DNA from: Pelagomonas calceolata
Taxonomy: Eukaryota
Reading direction: 5' to 3'
Length of the DNA: 64,000 nt
Assembly (NCBI GenBank): GCA_918797485.1
Contig: CAKKNE010000002.1
Coordinates: forward strand, 868,001 to 932,000
Part shown: positions 19,244-31,400 of the stretch, one piece after another
Layout of the letters: each line of letters begins with the position of its first letter
Position numbering within the stretch: position 1 is the stretch's first letter
Made by a program: the position numbers and the translations under genes
Notes under the pieces: model-generated
Database searches by the model: none
The model's input: the letters and a program-made list of their open reading frames with translations, nothing else
Told to the model about the DNA's origin: nothing

Positions 19244-21626
19244 CTAGTCCACGCCGTCATCATCCAGCATCGCGCGCATCTCCCTCAAAGCGTGCGCGCT
19301 GCCGTTGGCGCGCGCCTTGAAGGGCAAGTCCGCCTCGTCGACCATCGACGACGCGCGCTTCGAGCCGCCCTGTTCTCCCTCAACGTCAGGTCGGTCGTGC
19401 GCCACCCCGGCTTTCTCAGGCGGCCGCCGGTTGAAGCCGAGGCCCCGGGCCGGGGGAAAGGCGCCCTTCATCGTACCGTTGCCCGCCTCCAGTTTCGCGA
19501 CGTGCCGCAGCATCTTCTCCGCGTCCTTACAGTCCGCGTCGACGTCCAAACAGCGATGAAATAAACTGCGCGCCCCGTCGTAGTCCTTAATACCTACTAG
19601 GGCCTTGCCGCCCCGGAACCTGTGTGGAAATCAACCAGTGTGTCGGGTGCTCCGTCGAGCGGCGAGGAACCGGCACCGCCACGCTATCGAGCAGGCGTCG
19701 CGTCGATGGCGTGGAGGTCGACGCGATGATTCAGCACGAACGCGCCGTAAATTTTGATTTCCACACAGCCCGGAACAAGGCCTTCAAGTCTTCCGGGTCG
19801 TCCTTCAGCACGCTATGACAATCGTCGCAGACCCGTTGGTACTCGCACCGTTTGAGGTCGCACGCGGCCCGATTCAGTCGACACAACCGTTCCAACTCCA
19901 GACATCGAGCTTGGAGCTCCGCATACCGTCGGTTGCGCTTCTCCCGCAACGAATCCTCCGCCTTGGGCACGTCGGGCACGTCGAAGGTCGGCGGCCGCGG
20001 GAGGTCTTCATAATCAAAATCTGATGAAGGAGTGTCGATGATCGGATCTAGCGCCGCCTTGCAGTATCTAGATGGCTCACTGGGGTCGAACTCATTCTCC
20101 GGATCGTTCTCGAAGTGCTCTAACGCGTCGGCGGCGTCCTCTATTTGTCTAAGAGCGTCGCCGTAGCGTCGCGACGCTCGCGCAAAGGCCGACCGGTCGT
20201 AATGTTGGGAACCTCTTTGTTTGGCGTCCTCGGCTAATGCTAGTCGTGCTTCGCACCGCTGGAGAGCGTCGCCGTCGCTCGACGCGTTGAACCGCTGTAT
20301 GGCCACTAATTCTAGACGACATTGCAAGGGGCACGAGTAGCACCTACTATCAGCTACCGCCGATAAAGCACCTCGATCCCCTCCATAATGAAACGCTTGT
20401 AAGTCGTCAATGCGCGGCGCGGTCGGCGCGCAGGCCGTCGACGGCGGTCGCACAAAGCATAGATCAGGGGCATGTATGGTAACGTCCGCAGTTTCTCCGA
20501 TACTCATGCGCCTTATCGCGAGTTCGATACCTCGACACAGGGGCGCTTTGAGTTCCGACGCACTGTCGAAGGTCGCCGACGCGTCTTCATCAAGCCGCCA
20601 GGATACGGTACCTTCCCCTGTCCCGTAGGCGCACGCTATTGTACCGGAATCTCTAGCCTTGACGACGCCGCGCACCACAACCACATCCAAGTCCGAGGGC
20701 ACGGCGCGCGATCCGTCGGGCGCCTGTATGATTTTTTTTGATATAGCACCGGCTCGCTCGGGAAAACAATCTTCGACCTCGCAAAAATCTATCAAACTAA
20801 GTTCGAAGGCCTCATCCAGCAAAGCTACGATTGCCGTCTCGCCTTTCGCACAGGCCTCCGCGGCGACGCGTAACGGTTCCGCCTTACGTTGCATGGGGTC
20901 CGCACAAGCTCTTGATTCTATTGTTTCATCCATTGATTCGCGGGTGCAGCCTCCTACCAACAATACGGCGTCGTCGTCGCCCGGCCAGCACCATCCCGTC
21001 GGAACATATCGCGCTTGTAACGAATACGTGATGTCGGACCGCGCCGTCGGCCGGCGCCAATGTTCTTCACCATCCTTGAGGGTCTGTTTCAGGACGGAGC
21101 CCTGGCCCAGTCTCCCCGACGCGTCCTCGGTCTTTTGTACTACCGCTACTATTTCGAGAATCTCCAGCTCGAAGCTAATCAGACCTTCAACAGCAAAGCG
21201 CGCGGGCAGCGCGGCGTCGTCGGCCTCGAAGTCGCCCCGCTCGCCCTCGACTAACGAAGCTGCGGCGCACGACAGCCACCGAGGGATTGCTAACGCTCCT
21301 ACTAAAAAGCGACCGTCCTCTATAGATGAAAACACCTCGTTCTGGGACGAACACGCGAGGCGCGCGGCGACCGTGTCGCCGAAGCGCACTCTCCGCCCTT
21401 GTTTAGTAGGCTGGACCTTGCGTCTCAAACCACCTTTGATCTCGACCCAGGCCCGTTGACTTACTTTGGAAGAGGGCGGCCGGGGCCACTCGTCCTTGCA
21501 GAGGTTTGACGGCCAGTCGGGGTTCTCGCTTGCGATCTGGCAGTTCCTCGCGAACTCCTCCCTGAGTTTTTCTTGTTCCTTTCGGGCCTCGTCGGGGTCG
21601 TAATTTAGGTCGACGCGGCCCCACAT
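19244..21626 (-). CDS. Multi-FKBP/TPR peptidyl-prolyl isomerase-like protein, about 741 aa; exons 21626-19777 and 19619-19244
   Basis: FKBP-like motifs (RGIELAIRRMSIGETADVTI, ISFELEILE); TPRs (AKQRGSQHY..ASRRYGDAL, LNRAACDLK). The TPR KAL|FRGGKALVGIKDYDGA is completed on removing the 157-nt introner intron. Confidence 0.85.
19620..19768. mobile_element. Introner element, 149 bp; forms minus-strand intron 19776->19620
   Basis: Intact 15-bp TIRs; perfect TSD CCCGGAAC at 19612-19619 and 19769-19776. Confidence 0.95.
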
Positions 21627-21877
21627 CGCTCTCTTCTTGCTGCTTCTCAGTGCTGTGGCGAAGGCGTGCTCCGCGCTTGTGACCGACTCAGTGCGCGCTC
21701 GTGCGCGCTTCTTTTTTGCTGCTTTTGGGCAGTGTGCTCTCTGGTGGCTGCAGAGAGTCGTGTGATGCGCTGTCGTGCACGCAGTCGCGTCTGTGCGTGC
21801 TGAGCGATGACAGACGCGTGCCGTCAGCTGTTATTTGCTTGCGTTGCGTGCAGTACGGGCGATTTGGAGGCGCAGAG

Positions 21878-21904
21878 CTTGCTAGTGTCTTACATGACGC
21901 TAGC
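21878..21904 (-). promoter_or_regulatory. 27-bp CTAG-CTAG motif
   Basis: CTTGCTAGTGTCTTACATGACGCTAGC, between divergent genes. Confidence 0.7.
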
Positions 21905-22132
21905 TAACAGCGCTATCGACGACCAAAGCTTGCTTCACCTGTAGCGCCCTGCCGGCCGCCTTACCAGCTTTTCCGAGGAAGCTGTGACAGCCATAGACGG
22001 CGCGGAACGCCCCGCGCGGCGAAACGGCGCTCAGCAGCCCTCTACTGGACTGGGTCAATAATCAGCGCCGGCTCCCGCGCCGCGCCGACGCCCGCCGACG
22101 CCCGCCAGCGCGCGGGCCGCCGAACCCCAACC

Positions 22133-23002
22133 ATGGACTACGACACCCCCCACTCGAGCCCGCGCCCCCACGTCGTCGACGACTCGATGCGCGCCGACAG
22201 CCCCTACGGCGGCCCCCTGAACTACGGCCAGACGCCGCACTTAAACAACATGGACACGCAGACGACGGGACGAAGTCGGGGCGTCATCACGTCGGAACTC
22301 CGCATGAAGAAGGACCTCGCGGAGCTCGCCCAGGCGAAGATGACGAGCCCGCACGTCCAGACGACGATCGACTTTCCGGACGGCGACGTGTTGCATTTGA
22401 GGGTTACGTTACGGGTCGCAGCTGGATTCTACGCCGGCGGGACCTTTGTGGTCTCGTTGAAAGTGCCGTCGAACTACCCCTTCCGGGCGCCCACCGCCAC
22501 GGCCCTCACGAGAGTCTGGCATCCCAATATTGATGTCGAGAATGGAAGGATACGGCATCCGCTGTTGGAGCGGGACTGGAAGCCCGTTTTATCGATCAAT
22601 ACCGTCGTGTTTGGATTGCAGTTACTTTTCTTAGAACCGAACGTCCAATGTGCTTCGGTCATCGCGAACGCGGCGGCGGCGCAGACGTTGTTGCATGGGC
22701 GCGACGCCTTCGCCGATGATGTTAGGAGGACATTGCGGGGAGGCACCTTCGGGGGCCACCCGTTCCCGTCGCACACGCATGCTTCTCCTAGAGCGGCGCC
22801 GTCTAGGAAACGCCCGTGCGACGAGGACGATTTGCGGGCCGACGTGAAACGGTTGTCGGTGAGGGATGGGAGGGGCTCGCCGCGGACGGTCCTGGACCCG
22901 ACGTCGTCTCCCAGATCGTTCGTGCCGGTGCAGCACCCGCCGGCGCAGTACTATCGGACCGCGGACGGGTACCCCATCTCCGTGCCGGCGCGGCATCCAT
23001 GA
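22133..23002 (+). CDS. Ubc12 (NEDD8 E2)-like protein lacking the catalytic Cys
   Basis: ELRMKKDLAEL, GFYAGGTF, YPFRAP, VWHPNID..GRIRHPLLERDWKPVLSINTVVFGLQLLFLEPN. Confidence 0.85.
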   Translation: MDYDTPHSSPRPHVVDDSMRADSPYGGPLNYGQTPHLNNMDTQTTGRSRGVITSELRMKKDLAELAQAKMTSPHVQTTIDFPDGDVLHLRVTLRVAAGFYAGGTFVVSLKVPSNYPFRAPTATALTRVWHPNIDVENGRIRHPLLERDWKPVLSINTVVFGLQLLFLEPNVQCASVIANAAAAQTLLHGRDAFADDVRRTLRGGTFGGHPFPSHTHASPRAAPSRKRPCDEDDLRADVKRLSVRDGRGSPRTVLDPTSSPRSFVPVQHPPAQYYRTADGYPISVPARHP

Positions 23003-23263
23003 CGTGTTTAAAAGAATTTGTGCCAGTACTTACTCGTCTAGGACCGGGTCGTAGTTGGCCCGCGCGCCGAACGCTTGCGCCGGCGCGGGCGGCTCGACCG
23101 GTCGCCTGGCAGTGCCGCGGCCCATGAAAGTCGGCACCGGCGGCAGTGCGACCTCCGACGGTGTTCGCGGGCTCCGCGGGACCGGCAGGAAGGTCGCATC
23201 TGCATCGCTCGTGAACGCGACGGGACGCGGAGGCGACTCGACCTCGAGCACGTTTCCAGCGGC

Positions 23264-24415
23264 CTACGCGGCAAGCCTCGCCTCGGCCGCGCGCTCTTCG
23301 GCCGTCACGGACCCGAGACATTCGAAGCCGTCGTCGTCGTCGTCGTCGGCCGCCGCTGCCGGGGCCGGCGCGTTAGGCGACAACGCCATGGCCTCGTCGA
23401 GCGTCGCCGCGGTGGGGAGGGCGGCTGCGGCGGAGAGTAAAGGAAGCGCGAGCACGGCCGCGGAACACTCGCCGAGGCGCAGGCCCATGTCGAGGGCCGG
23501 TTTCGCACCGAGCGCCTCCGCAAGTATAGCGCCACCGCCGGGGCGCGACGGCTCCTCGGCGAGCGACGTGGCAAAGATCATGCGGGACCGGCAGGACGGT
23601 TGCATCTGGATCGCGCACAACGCGGCCACTCCGCTGATGAAACCGTCGACGACGGCAACGGCCCTCGTCGACGACATAGCTATATATGCGCCGACCATGG
23701 CTGCAATTTCGAGGCCTCCGACACATCGTAGAGCGTTGCGCGTTAGTGGCAAATTGTGATGCGCGAGCGCCGCGCGGACGACCTCGATTTTGTGCGCAAG
23801 CCCCGCGTCGTCGAGACCCGTGCCGCGGCCGCAGACCGTTTCGGCGTCGCTACCCGTCAGCGCGGCGAGCAGACACGCCGCGGAAGTCGTATTGCCAATA
23901 CCTACCTCTCCGATGCATATGACCGTTGCTCCGCAGGAGACCACCTGGACCTGTTGCTGACCGACGCGTAACGCAGCGTCGAGCGCCTCTTCCGACATCG
24001 CCGGTTCGCGCCGTATATCAGAGGTTCCCGGGAGGACTTTGCAGTGGTGCACCTCGATCCCATCCCGGTCTCGGACGTCGGACACGTCGCCATCAACACC
24101 CACGTCGACGACGTGTAGCGTCGCACCTACCGATCGTGCGAGAACGGCCGCGCACGAGACACCGGCGGCTAGCGAGCGGAATATGGCTTGCGTCGCGGAT
24201 GCCGGGTATGGACTGAGCGCCGAGTCGGCTTTTTTGCAACCGTGATCCGCGACAAATACGAGGGCGGCAGCTGAGACCGTCGGCCGTAACGTCTTTTGCG
24301 CGACGCATAGGGTGACGCACCACTCTTCCAATGTACCGAGCGCGCCCGGCGGCTTCGCTAAAAACGCGAGCCGGGCCTCGGCGTCCGCTCTCCACCGCTC
24401 CTCAGGCTCAGCCAT
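23264..24415 (-). CDS. cobT: Nicotinate-nucleotide--dimethylbenzimidazole phosphoribosyltransferase
   Basis: LAKPPGALGTLE, FVADHG, VVDVGV, GEVGIGNTTSAA, GRGTG, GGLEIAAMVGA, VVDGFI, LDMGLRLGE. Confidence 0.95.
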   Translation of the reverse strand: MAEPEERWRADAEARLAFLAKPPGALGTLEEWCVTLCVAQKTLRPTVSAAALVFVADHGCKKADSALSPYPASATQAIFRSLAAGVSCAAVLARSVGATLHVVDVGVDGDVSDVRDRDGIEVHHCKVLPGTSDIRREPAMSEEALDAALRVGQQQVQVVSCGATVICIGEVGIGNTTSAACLLAALTGSDAETVCGRGTGLDDAGLAHKIEVVRAALAHHNLPLTRNALRCVGGLEIAAMVGAYIAMSSTRAVAVVDGFISGVAALCAIQMQPSCRSRMIFATSLAEEPSRPGGGAILAEALGAKPALDMGLRLGECSAAVLALPLLSAAAALPTAATLDEAMALSPNAPAPAAAADDDDDDGFECLGSVTAEERAAEARLAA

Positions 24416-24561
24416 CAGACTCAGGGATCAGAGAAGAGAACGATCTAAGGGCCGTCTTAAACCGATCAATGCGCCGCGGTCCGCCACCGCTGATCGATTC
24501 CTGTTAATAGAGATTCGAGAGAACCGACGAAACGGCCACCGCGGCCGCGACAATTTCTGCT

Positions 24562-24588
24562 GCTAGCGGCATGTAACACACTAGCAAG
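24562..24588 (+). promoter_or_regulatory. 27-bp CTAG-CTAG motif
   Basis: GCTAGCGGCATGTAACACACTAGCAAG, between cobT and the next gene. Confidence 0.7.
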
Positions 24589-24621
24589 CAGGCAGCTCGG
24601 GGTTTGTGCAGGCCGTACGCT

Positions 24622-25308
24622 ATGCACAGCTCATCGATTGGCCTGGCTCTTCTCTGTGGTGGCCCAGCGTTCGCGCTGCGGCCGCCACCGCGACGCATCG
24701 CTGCAAAACGCACGTATGCGGTAAATGGAGCAGTGCTGCCAACTGAGGCCTGCGTTGCCTTACTATACGTAGCGCCGTTGCCGCCCGTTGGCACTATCAT
24801 CGGCAGACGGTGGCGTCGAATACGCGGCGCAGCAGTGGACAACAGCCCGTTGGTCGCGCCACCGCGCGACAAAAACACCCGACGCTACGCCCTGCTCGTG
24901 TTGGCATATGCGCTACGTGCCGCCGCACCGCTCTCGAAAGTGTTTTTCTTCTTCGTCGCCTTGCGCCTCTCGGACCTGCCGAGATATGGCGCGCCCCCCG
25001 ACGAGCGGACGCCGTCGACGCCCATAGTGCGACACGTCGTCAGCGCGGGCGCGGCCGCCGCAGCGCTCACGGTGGCGGTCTCACCAAAAACGCGAGAGGT
25101 CCTGGCCGCGCTGTGGGCCTCCGCACGCGCAAAAGAGAAAGAATGGGACACATACCTGGCGCGATGGATCCCGCCCGTGGGCCAGGGCCACGTCTTCCGC
25201 GCGTGCTACGGGCTGGCGCTCGCACTGACGGTGAATTTCTGGCTGACCGAGTACTTCAACCGGAATCCCCCGAGCGACACGAGCGGGGACCCCGCCCCTG
25301 AAACGTAA
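24622..25308 (+). CDS. Hypothetical membrane protein (start uncertain)
   Basis: ORF 24604..25308 with several hydrophobic segments. Confidence 0.45.
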   Translation: MHSSSIGLALLCGGPAFALRPPPRRIAAKRTYAVNGAVLPTEACVALLYVAPLPPVGTIIGRRWRRIRGAAVDNSPLVAPPRDKNTRRYALLVLAYALRAAAPLSKVFFFFVALRLSDLPRYGAPPDERTPSTPIVRHVVSAGAAAAALTVAVSPKTREVLAALWASARAKEKEWDTYLARWIPPVGQGHVFRACYGLALALTVNFWLTEYFNRNPPSDTSGDPAPET

Positions 25309-25402
25309 CTCACGGCACCGACTCGCGCCGATCGCGGCGACGGCGTGCTGGTGGGGTCTACACCGCTTTTGCGGTCCTAAATGTTAGTATCACAATAACA
25401 CA

Positions 25403-28400
25403 TTACTCGTTGGCCAGCAGCTTCAGGTTCCGCTCCTCCGTCTGGTGCCGCAACCGCCCGACTTTGGGAGGAGAAGCATCACCGGTCACCTCCTCCCGCT
25501 TATAGTTCACCTGCAACATGCTCCACTTCGGCACCTCTTCCCGAGAAGCCATCCTAGGTTGATCGGGCACCAAATTCGCCGGCTGGTAGCGCGTCTCCTG
25601 CATCGTATTCCGCTGCTGGACGGCCATCTGGGAAGCTTTCCCGCCGCCCATCGCTTGTGATTTGAGCTGTTTGGCCGATAATCTTGGAAAAATAGAATAA
25701 ATCTTCTTCTGCGACTTGATGTACTGGATCTCGCCCTCGTGCAACGCGCGGCAGCCGCAGACGCAGTAGTAGCCGTGCGGATATCTTTTTTTGGACTTCT
25801 TCGCCGCCTCGAGCTTCACATGCGCACCATCGGATTGTAAAGCTTCCACATTTTCATCCCTTTCTATATCTTTAAGATCGCCAAAACGACTGAAAGCCCC
25901 TCTTTTGCCCTTCTTCAACGTGATCATCGCGAGCACGAACTCATCAAAATCAATCTCGCCGGACCGGTCAAAATCCACTTCATACATGATGCCCCTTAAT
26001 TTGGCATCACTATACGTCTCGCCCGTCAGCGCTCGGATCAACAGTTTGAGTTCGCCGATGTCAATCGCTCCCGACCCGTCGAGGTCCATGGCGTCGAACT
26101 GCGTCTCCATCTCCGCGAGCTCGTCGTCGTCGACCCATTTTTTTGCTTCTTCTTGCAGCCTGCGCGGGGCATCTCTCGTGAACGCGGTCCGAACGGGCCC
26201 CTATTCGAAAATAAAACCAGCCACGACCTCGTCTGATGGACACGAGTCGTATGGAAGTGAAGGCACCGACGTGGGACGCCGAGATCGCACGCTTGTGGCA
26301 GAAAGTACTTTATGGCTTCCGGCGTGTCGTAACTCGTTTCTCCGGTCTCCGGGTTCACCCAGTACGTGCTCCCCTTGATTTCGGGGTGGGGCACCTTCGT
26401 CCACGCTCCAACACGCTCGTGGATCTCGTCCTCCTTGGCTGCTACTAGTTTTTTCATTGCTCGAGGTACTCGGGGCCTTCTCATAAATTCTTTCATATCT
26501 CGAAACTTGGCCGGCATCCACCGCCAGAAGGGCGCTCGTTCGATGCGAGCTCTTTTTAGGGTAGCTATGGCTCGCGCAAAGGCCGCATAACTCAATTCCG
26601 CCGAAGGATCCAGGTCGGACTGGTAAAACAACCATAACAAGTCTGTGGGAGATAAGACCTCCCCGAGAGCCGGTAGAGCGGCTTCGAACTCCCTCAGTGA
26701 AACAGCATTGCTTCGATCGTAGTCCTTATCTGTAAAAACATCCTGCAAATGGGTGAGCTCATCAGAGGTGAACTGCAAAAACACTTCTGTTGGGAGAGCA
26801 AAGGGGTCCTTGTCCGGCCGGTCCCAAGTGGTTTGTCTAGTTTTAACATTGTAGTAGTAGGTCTTGGAGCCGTCCGGCGGCTCGACCTGCTTCCAGCCCT
26901 CGGGCAGAGGCCTTTGGACCCTGCAATCATTGCTCCAGTTGCTCGGTGTGCTCAACCCAACGTCATTGTGCGAGTAGACTCGGAACCGGTACCACGAATC
27001 ATTGGCCAACTCATCAACGATCAACGCGCAGGGCGGCTGGTTACTTCGCGCCGCCTCGAGTTCGGCCTTCGTTAATGACCTTCCTGCGGCTTTCGCCGCT
27101 CTGGAATCAGCTTTTCGTTGCGCCGCGGCGTCGACGTACACGGTCCCCTTGTCCTCCCAGGTCTCCAACCCATCTCTTTTGCGCTGGCGCTCCACCGAAA
27201 ACCCTTTCACGGGCGGCCCGTTCGGCCGCGACGGCTTCCACCAGATTCGGGCAGAGGCGTCGCCACCCGCTCCCGACACCTGTCTAGGTGGTTCGGGGAA
27301 TCCGCGTTTAGCTCTCAACAACGGCAGAGGTAGCTGACTGTGTGTATCTCCCGTGTGTAAGCGCTCGAACTCCGCAATCTCGGCAGCAAGGGCCTCCTGC
27401 GCCGGCCGCGGGTCGTCCCAGAAGCGCTCCCGCGTGCACACGTCGTACCAGTAGACTTTCCCGGTCCTCGCGTCGGTCTCGGAGGCGTATTCTGCATTAA
27501 CTTCAGGCCTCCGTCTTTTATCTATTCTTCCCGGGATGCACGACGCCTCAATATATAAAGTTACTTTGGCTCCTGTCGCATTGCCCTCACTATCGATAAC
27601 GTCTCGCAGCCCGGGCGCGTCGTGCGGCCAGATGAGCTCCTCGTGCTCGATCGACGCAACGCCAATCAACTCGTCACTACTCACGGTTTTCGTACTGAAA
27701 AATCTACGCTTCTTCTCTCCCTTGTCGTAGACCAACACCTCGAGCGGTGACCCGTAATTCCCGTCGTCCGGGACGGGGACGTCGACGTCCACCGCATGGT
27801 ACCAGACCGGCCGCAGACTATCTGTTCGAGGCGGCGTCCGGGCGCCCCACTCCCGGTCCAGGTACTTGACGACACAGAAGGGGTCCGGCACGGCGTCCTC
27901 GCTCCTGTCGTTTCTTTTCAGACCAATGACGCCGACGATCGTCACTCGTACCGTCACTATCAACTTCGTTCTTATCGTCAGCGTCCCGCGAAGATGGACC
28001 TTGGACTGGACCTTATTGTCCTCCTCCTTCTCTCTTCCAATGACACCTGCGTGATACGTATCGCGTCGACGGCGTGACGGGACGCCGCGAGCGCACCGGC
28101 CGGGTCATCAATAAGATCCAAATTGCGCCAGCCTTGCCCCGGCATCTTGTAGAGCAGCTCCTTGTGCTCCAATTGCGCATACCCCAGAAAGTCCGGCGTG
28201 CTCACGAGCTCGTCGTCCATGACGCGCAGCTCGAGCTTGCCGTCCATTTCATCTTGCACGTTGCGGACGATACCTGTGTGGGAACGGCACCGTCGCGACA
28301 CGACCGCGACTCTCTCACGAGGCGCGTCGGCGCTCTGGCGGCCGCGTCGACGACGTCGAGGCGGCGCAGTCTCATGAAGACGTCATCGCCTCCACCAGAT

Positions 28401-31400
28401 CAAGTTCAAGGTCACTGAAGACGCCGAGTCAGTACCAGGCACGTTACGTAACTTAAAGAACTCGCCGTCCCATTTCGGGTTTAAGGTCTTCCAGATGGTC
28501 TTTGTTCGGCCGATCTTTTCGCCGCCGCAGTAGATTTCGACGAAGGGATCGGACTTGCCGAGTAGATCCGCCTGCGGCAGGTCGTCGGCCCGGGAGACCT
28601 CTACTTCCACCGTGCATCTTGGGAGATTATTAGCTGAGGGCATCTGTAAGTTACTATGCGCAAAGTTGGCATATTCTTGCAACGTGCCTGGTGGTGCGAC
28701 ACATCTGACAATAAGTAGATCGCCGTGGCCCCGATCTATCTCTAACGATCGTCTCGCTAGTGTCCTCTTGGAGAAACTCTTGGATAGCATGGGCGGCTTC
28801 TCGAACGTCTTCTTTTGAGTAACAGGCCACTTCAGGAGCTTCGCGACGAAGCCCCACGGCTTCTGCGGGTCCTTGGCCGACGCTTTCGTGCTGAACAGGC
28901 CGTCCCATAAAGCTTTGCGAGACGGGAACATCGAATGAGCCGCAAAGAGCTCCTCCGGTTCACTTTCAAAGGATCGCAGCGATTGCGCTAGAGATTCGTC
29001 CATGTGCGACTGCTCCGCATACGACTCTTCGTCCTGTGGATATGTATATGTTATATGTATGTATACATACGAGGAGCGCATCGATGGCGTAAGGCGGCGT
29101 AGTAGACCTCGGTCGCCGCGCCACGTTGAAATATATATGTATATGATATATGTGTGTGTGTGTGAATATATAGATATGGACGCCGACATACGCACCGGCT
29201 CTTCTTTGACCTCGTCGTACGTGACCCTGGAGAGGTGGTTCGCTATGGGCGACGCCGGGTCTCCGAGGTCGTCCTCTTCCGCGTACCTTTCTAGCTCAAG
29301 TTGCTCGTCAAAACTGCGAGACGACGACGGCCTTTTCCTCTTACTCTCGATCTCGGCCTGCTCCCAGCTTGGTCGTCGGAAGTTCTTGCCGCGCTTCACC
29401 AAGCCTTTCCGGTTCAGGTCGCGCTTCTTGACCGGTACCGATAGATCATTACTGAATGATAGGGGGAAGCGTAGGATGGGTGCCTCGGGCGGCTTTTCCC
29501 CTTCTTTGAAACTGATAGGCAACAACGTCGAAGCATCGACTCGCACGGAACCGAGTAACGCATCTTCACCTTCGGTCCTGTGTTCTCGCACCGTCAAAAC
29601 TAGAACGTCGAGGGGCCACCGCACCGGTATGGCAATCGCAAACCTATGGCCCCAGAGCGCTAGCCCATCTTCAGGATTTGTTGTAGGTGTCCTGCCACAT
29701 TCGCCGCACTCGCGACCCTCCCAGGACGCGGAACAATAGACGTCTCGCGCCTCTTGCGTCCGTAGCGAGTTGATCTCAAATACACATTTCAATTTGCACT
29801 CAAAATGGACCTCGATCGACCCCTGGGCCGCGGGCTGGCCCGGTTTGGCCGCTAATTGTAATGTGGCGACCTTGTCGGCGTTCGCATATAATTGCGCTGA
29901 GGTTAATCGCGCCTCGCCTAACAAATCATCCCTACCTCCGCCACCGTCGTCGTCCCAGACCTCTATTACGACCTCAGTAGCTTCATCACCAAGAGGCAAG
30001 ACGCCCCTGATACCCTCGAACCACTCGGGGTCGAGACAGTCTTTTACTGTTGCTGTTCTTCCTATAACTTCGGAACCAAATCTAATGGTAGCATAAGGGT
30101 CCGACTTGCCCGAGAGCATGCCACCATCCGTGTTCCTCAGATTATGAGCCCGTATGAGTATCATCCCCAGCACCATCTGCGGCTCGAGGCTATTGGCGGT
30201 CAGCCGGTCCAAGCCGTGCAACAGCGCCTCACTATCACCTCTCAAGTCAGATTCTTGCTTCGAAGCGAACCAGGACTTCTTCTTACGTTTGGCCTGGAGT
30301 TCTTGGATGCGTAACTGCGACTTCTTGTTGCGCGCCAGCGTCTCCCGTTCTCGTTTCAGCACCTCCCCAGGATGCACCCAGAACGTCTCCCGCGTCCACA
30401 CATCAAACCAGAAATTCCTTCCCGTGACGGGGTCCGTGAGCTCTCTGTAATGCCCGAGAGACCCGAACTGGCGGCGGGGCGCCGGGTCGAGCGTGCCCGG
30501 CACGCGCGAACTTCGGACATCTAGTTCAATGAAGCCTTGCGCGCGTTCCGTGTGATCATCGACTCTCATGAGCGGCCAGTGCGTGCCGCACTGCGGTCGC
30601 AGCAAAAACTCGGGCCTTATGATGATCTGGCCCATGGCGTCGTCGCCACTGAACGTGTCGTGGTCCCAGACCGTGATTTTCAAGGCGCTTTCGTCGGCTC
30701 GGATCAGGGCTCGCGCCGGGTGCTCCCAGGGCAATTCCGGGGCTCCCGCTAAGGCCGGGGCTTCGCCGTCACTCCCGACGGCGCCTCGCGCCGGTACTTC
30801 TATTTCTAATGTCAAAGATTCGTACCATTTCGGGTCAAGGGTCTTGGAGCGGTACTTTGTTTTTAGGACTCGTTTCCCTCGGTACTCCACGACGCAATAT
30901 GGATCAGAAGACGCCTTGCCATATAACAAAGCTTCGTCGACGCCTTGCAATGAGTAGCCTTCGAGTATGCGCAACTGGACCTCGGCGAAGTGTCTGATGC
31001 GTACTAACAACCTACCCCTAACAGGCTGCGTCCGCGGCAAGTCGCAGGGGCAGCACGTGCAACAGTAGTCCTCGACGCAGTAGGCCGCGGCCCAGGACGC
31101 GTGCCAGGCTTCTTGAGAAGCAAAGCATATACCTCTCCCAACGGCCGCTCCGGCCCAGAGGGGCGCGCACGTCACGCACAGGCAGGCGCCCCAGCCCCAG
31201 CCCGGTATTGTACCGCACCGTCCGACCTCCTCCGTAAAACATTTGTAGGGCGTCCTGCGTTTTCTTTCAGGTAACTCAGATCTCCTACCGTGCTTACAAA
31301 CAAAGGCCTCGGCCCCCATGCCGTTGTCGCCATCGAGCGGGTCTAGTAACTCGAACTCCCGTTCTCCTGGCGTGAGTAGATCTTTCAAGGTCAAAACACA

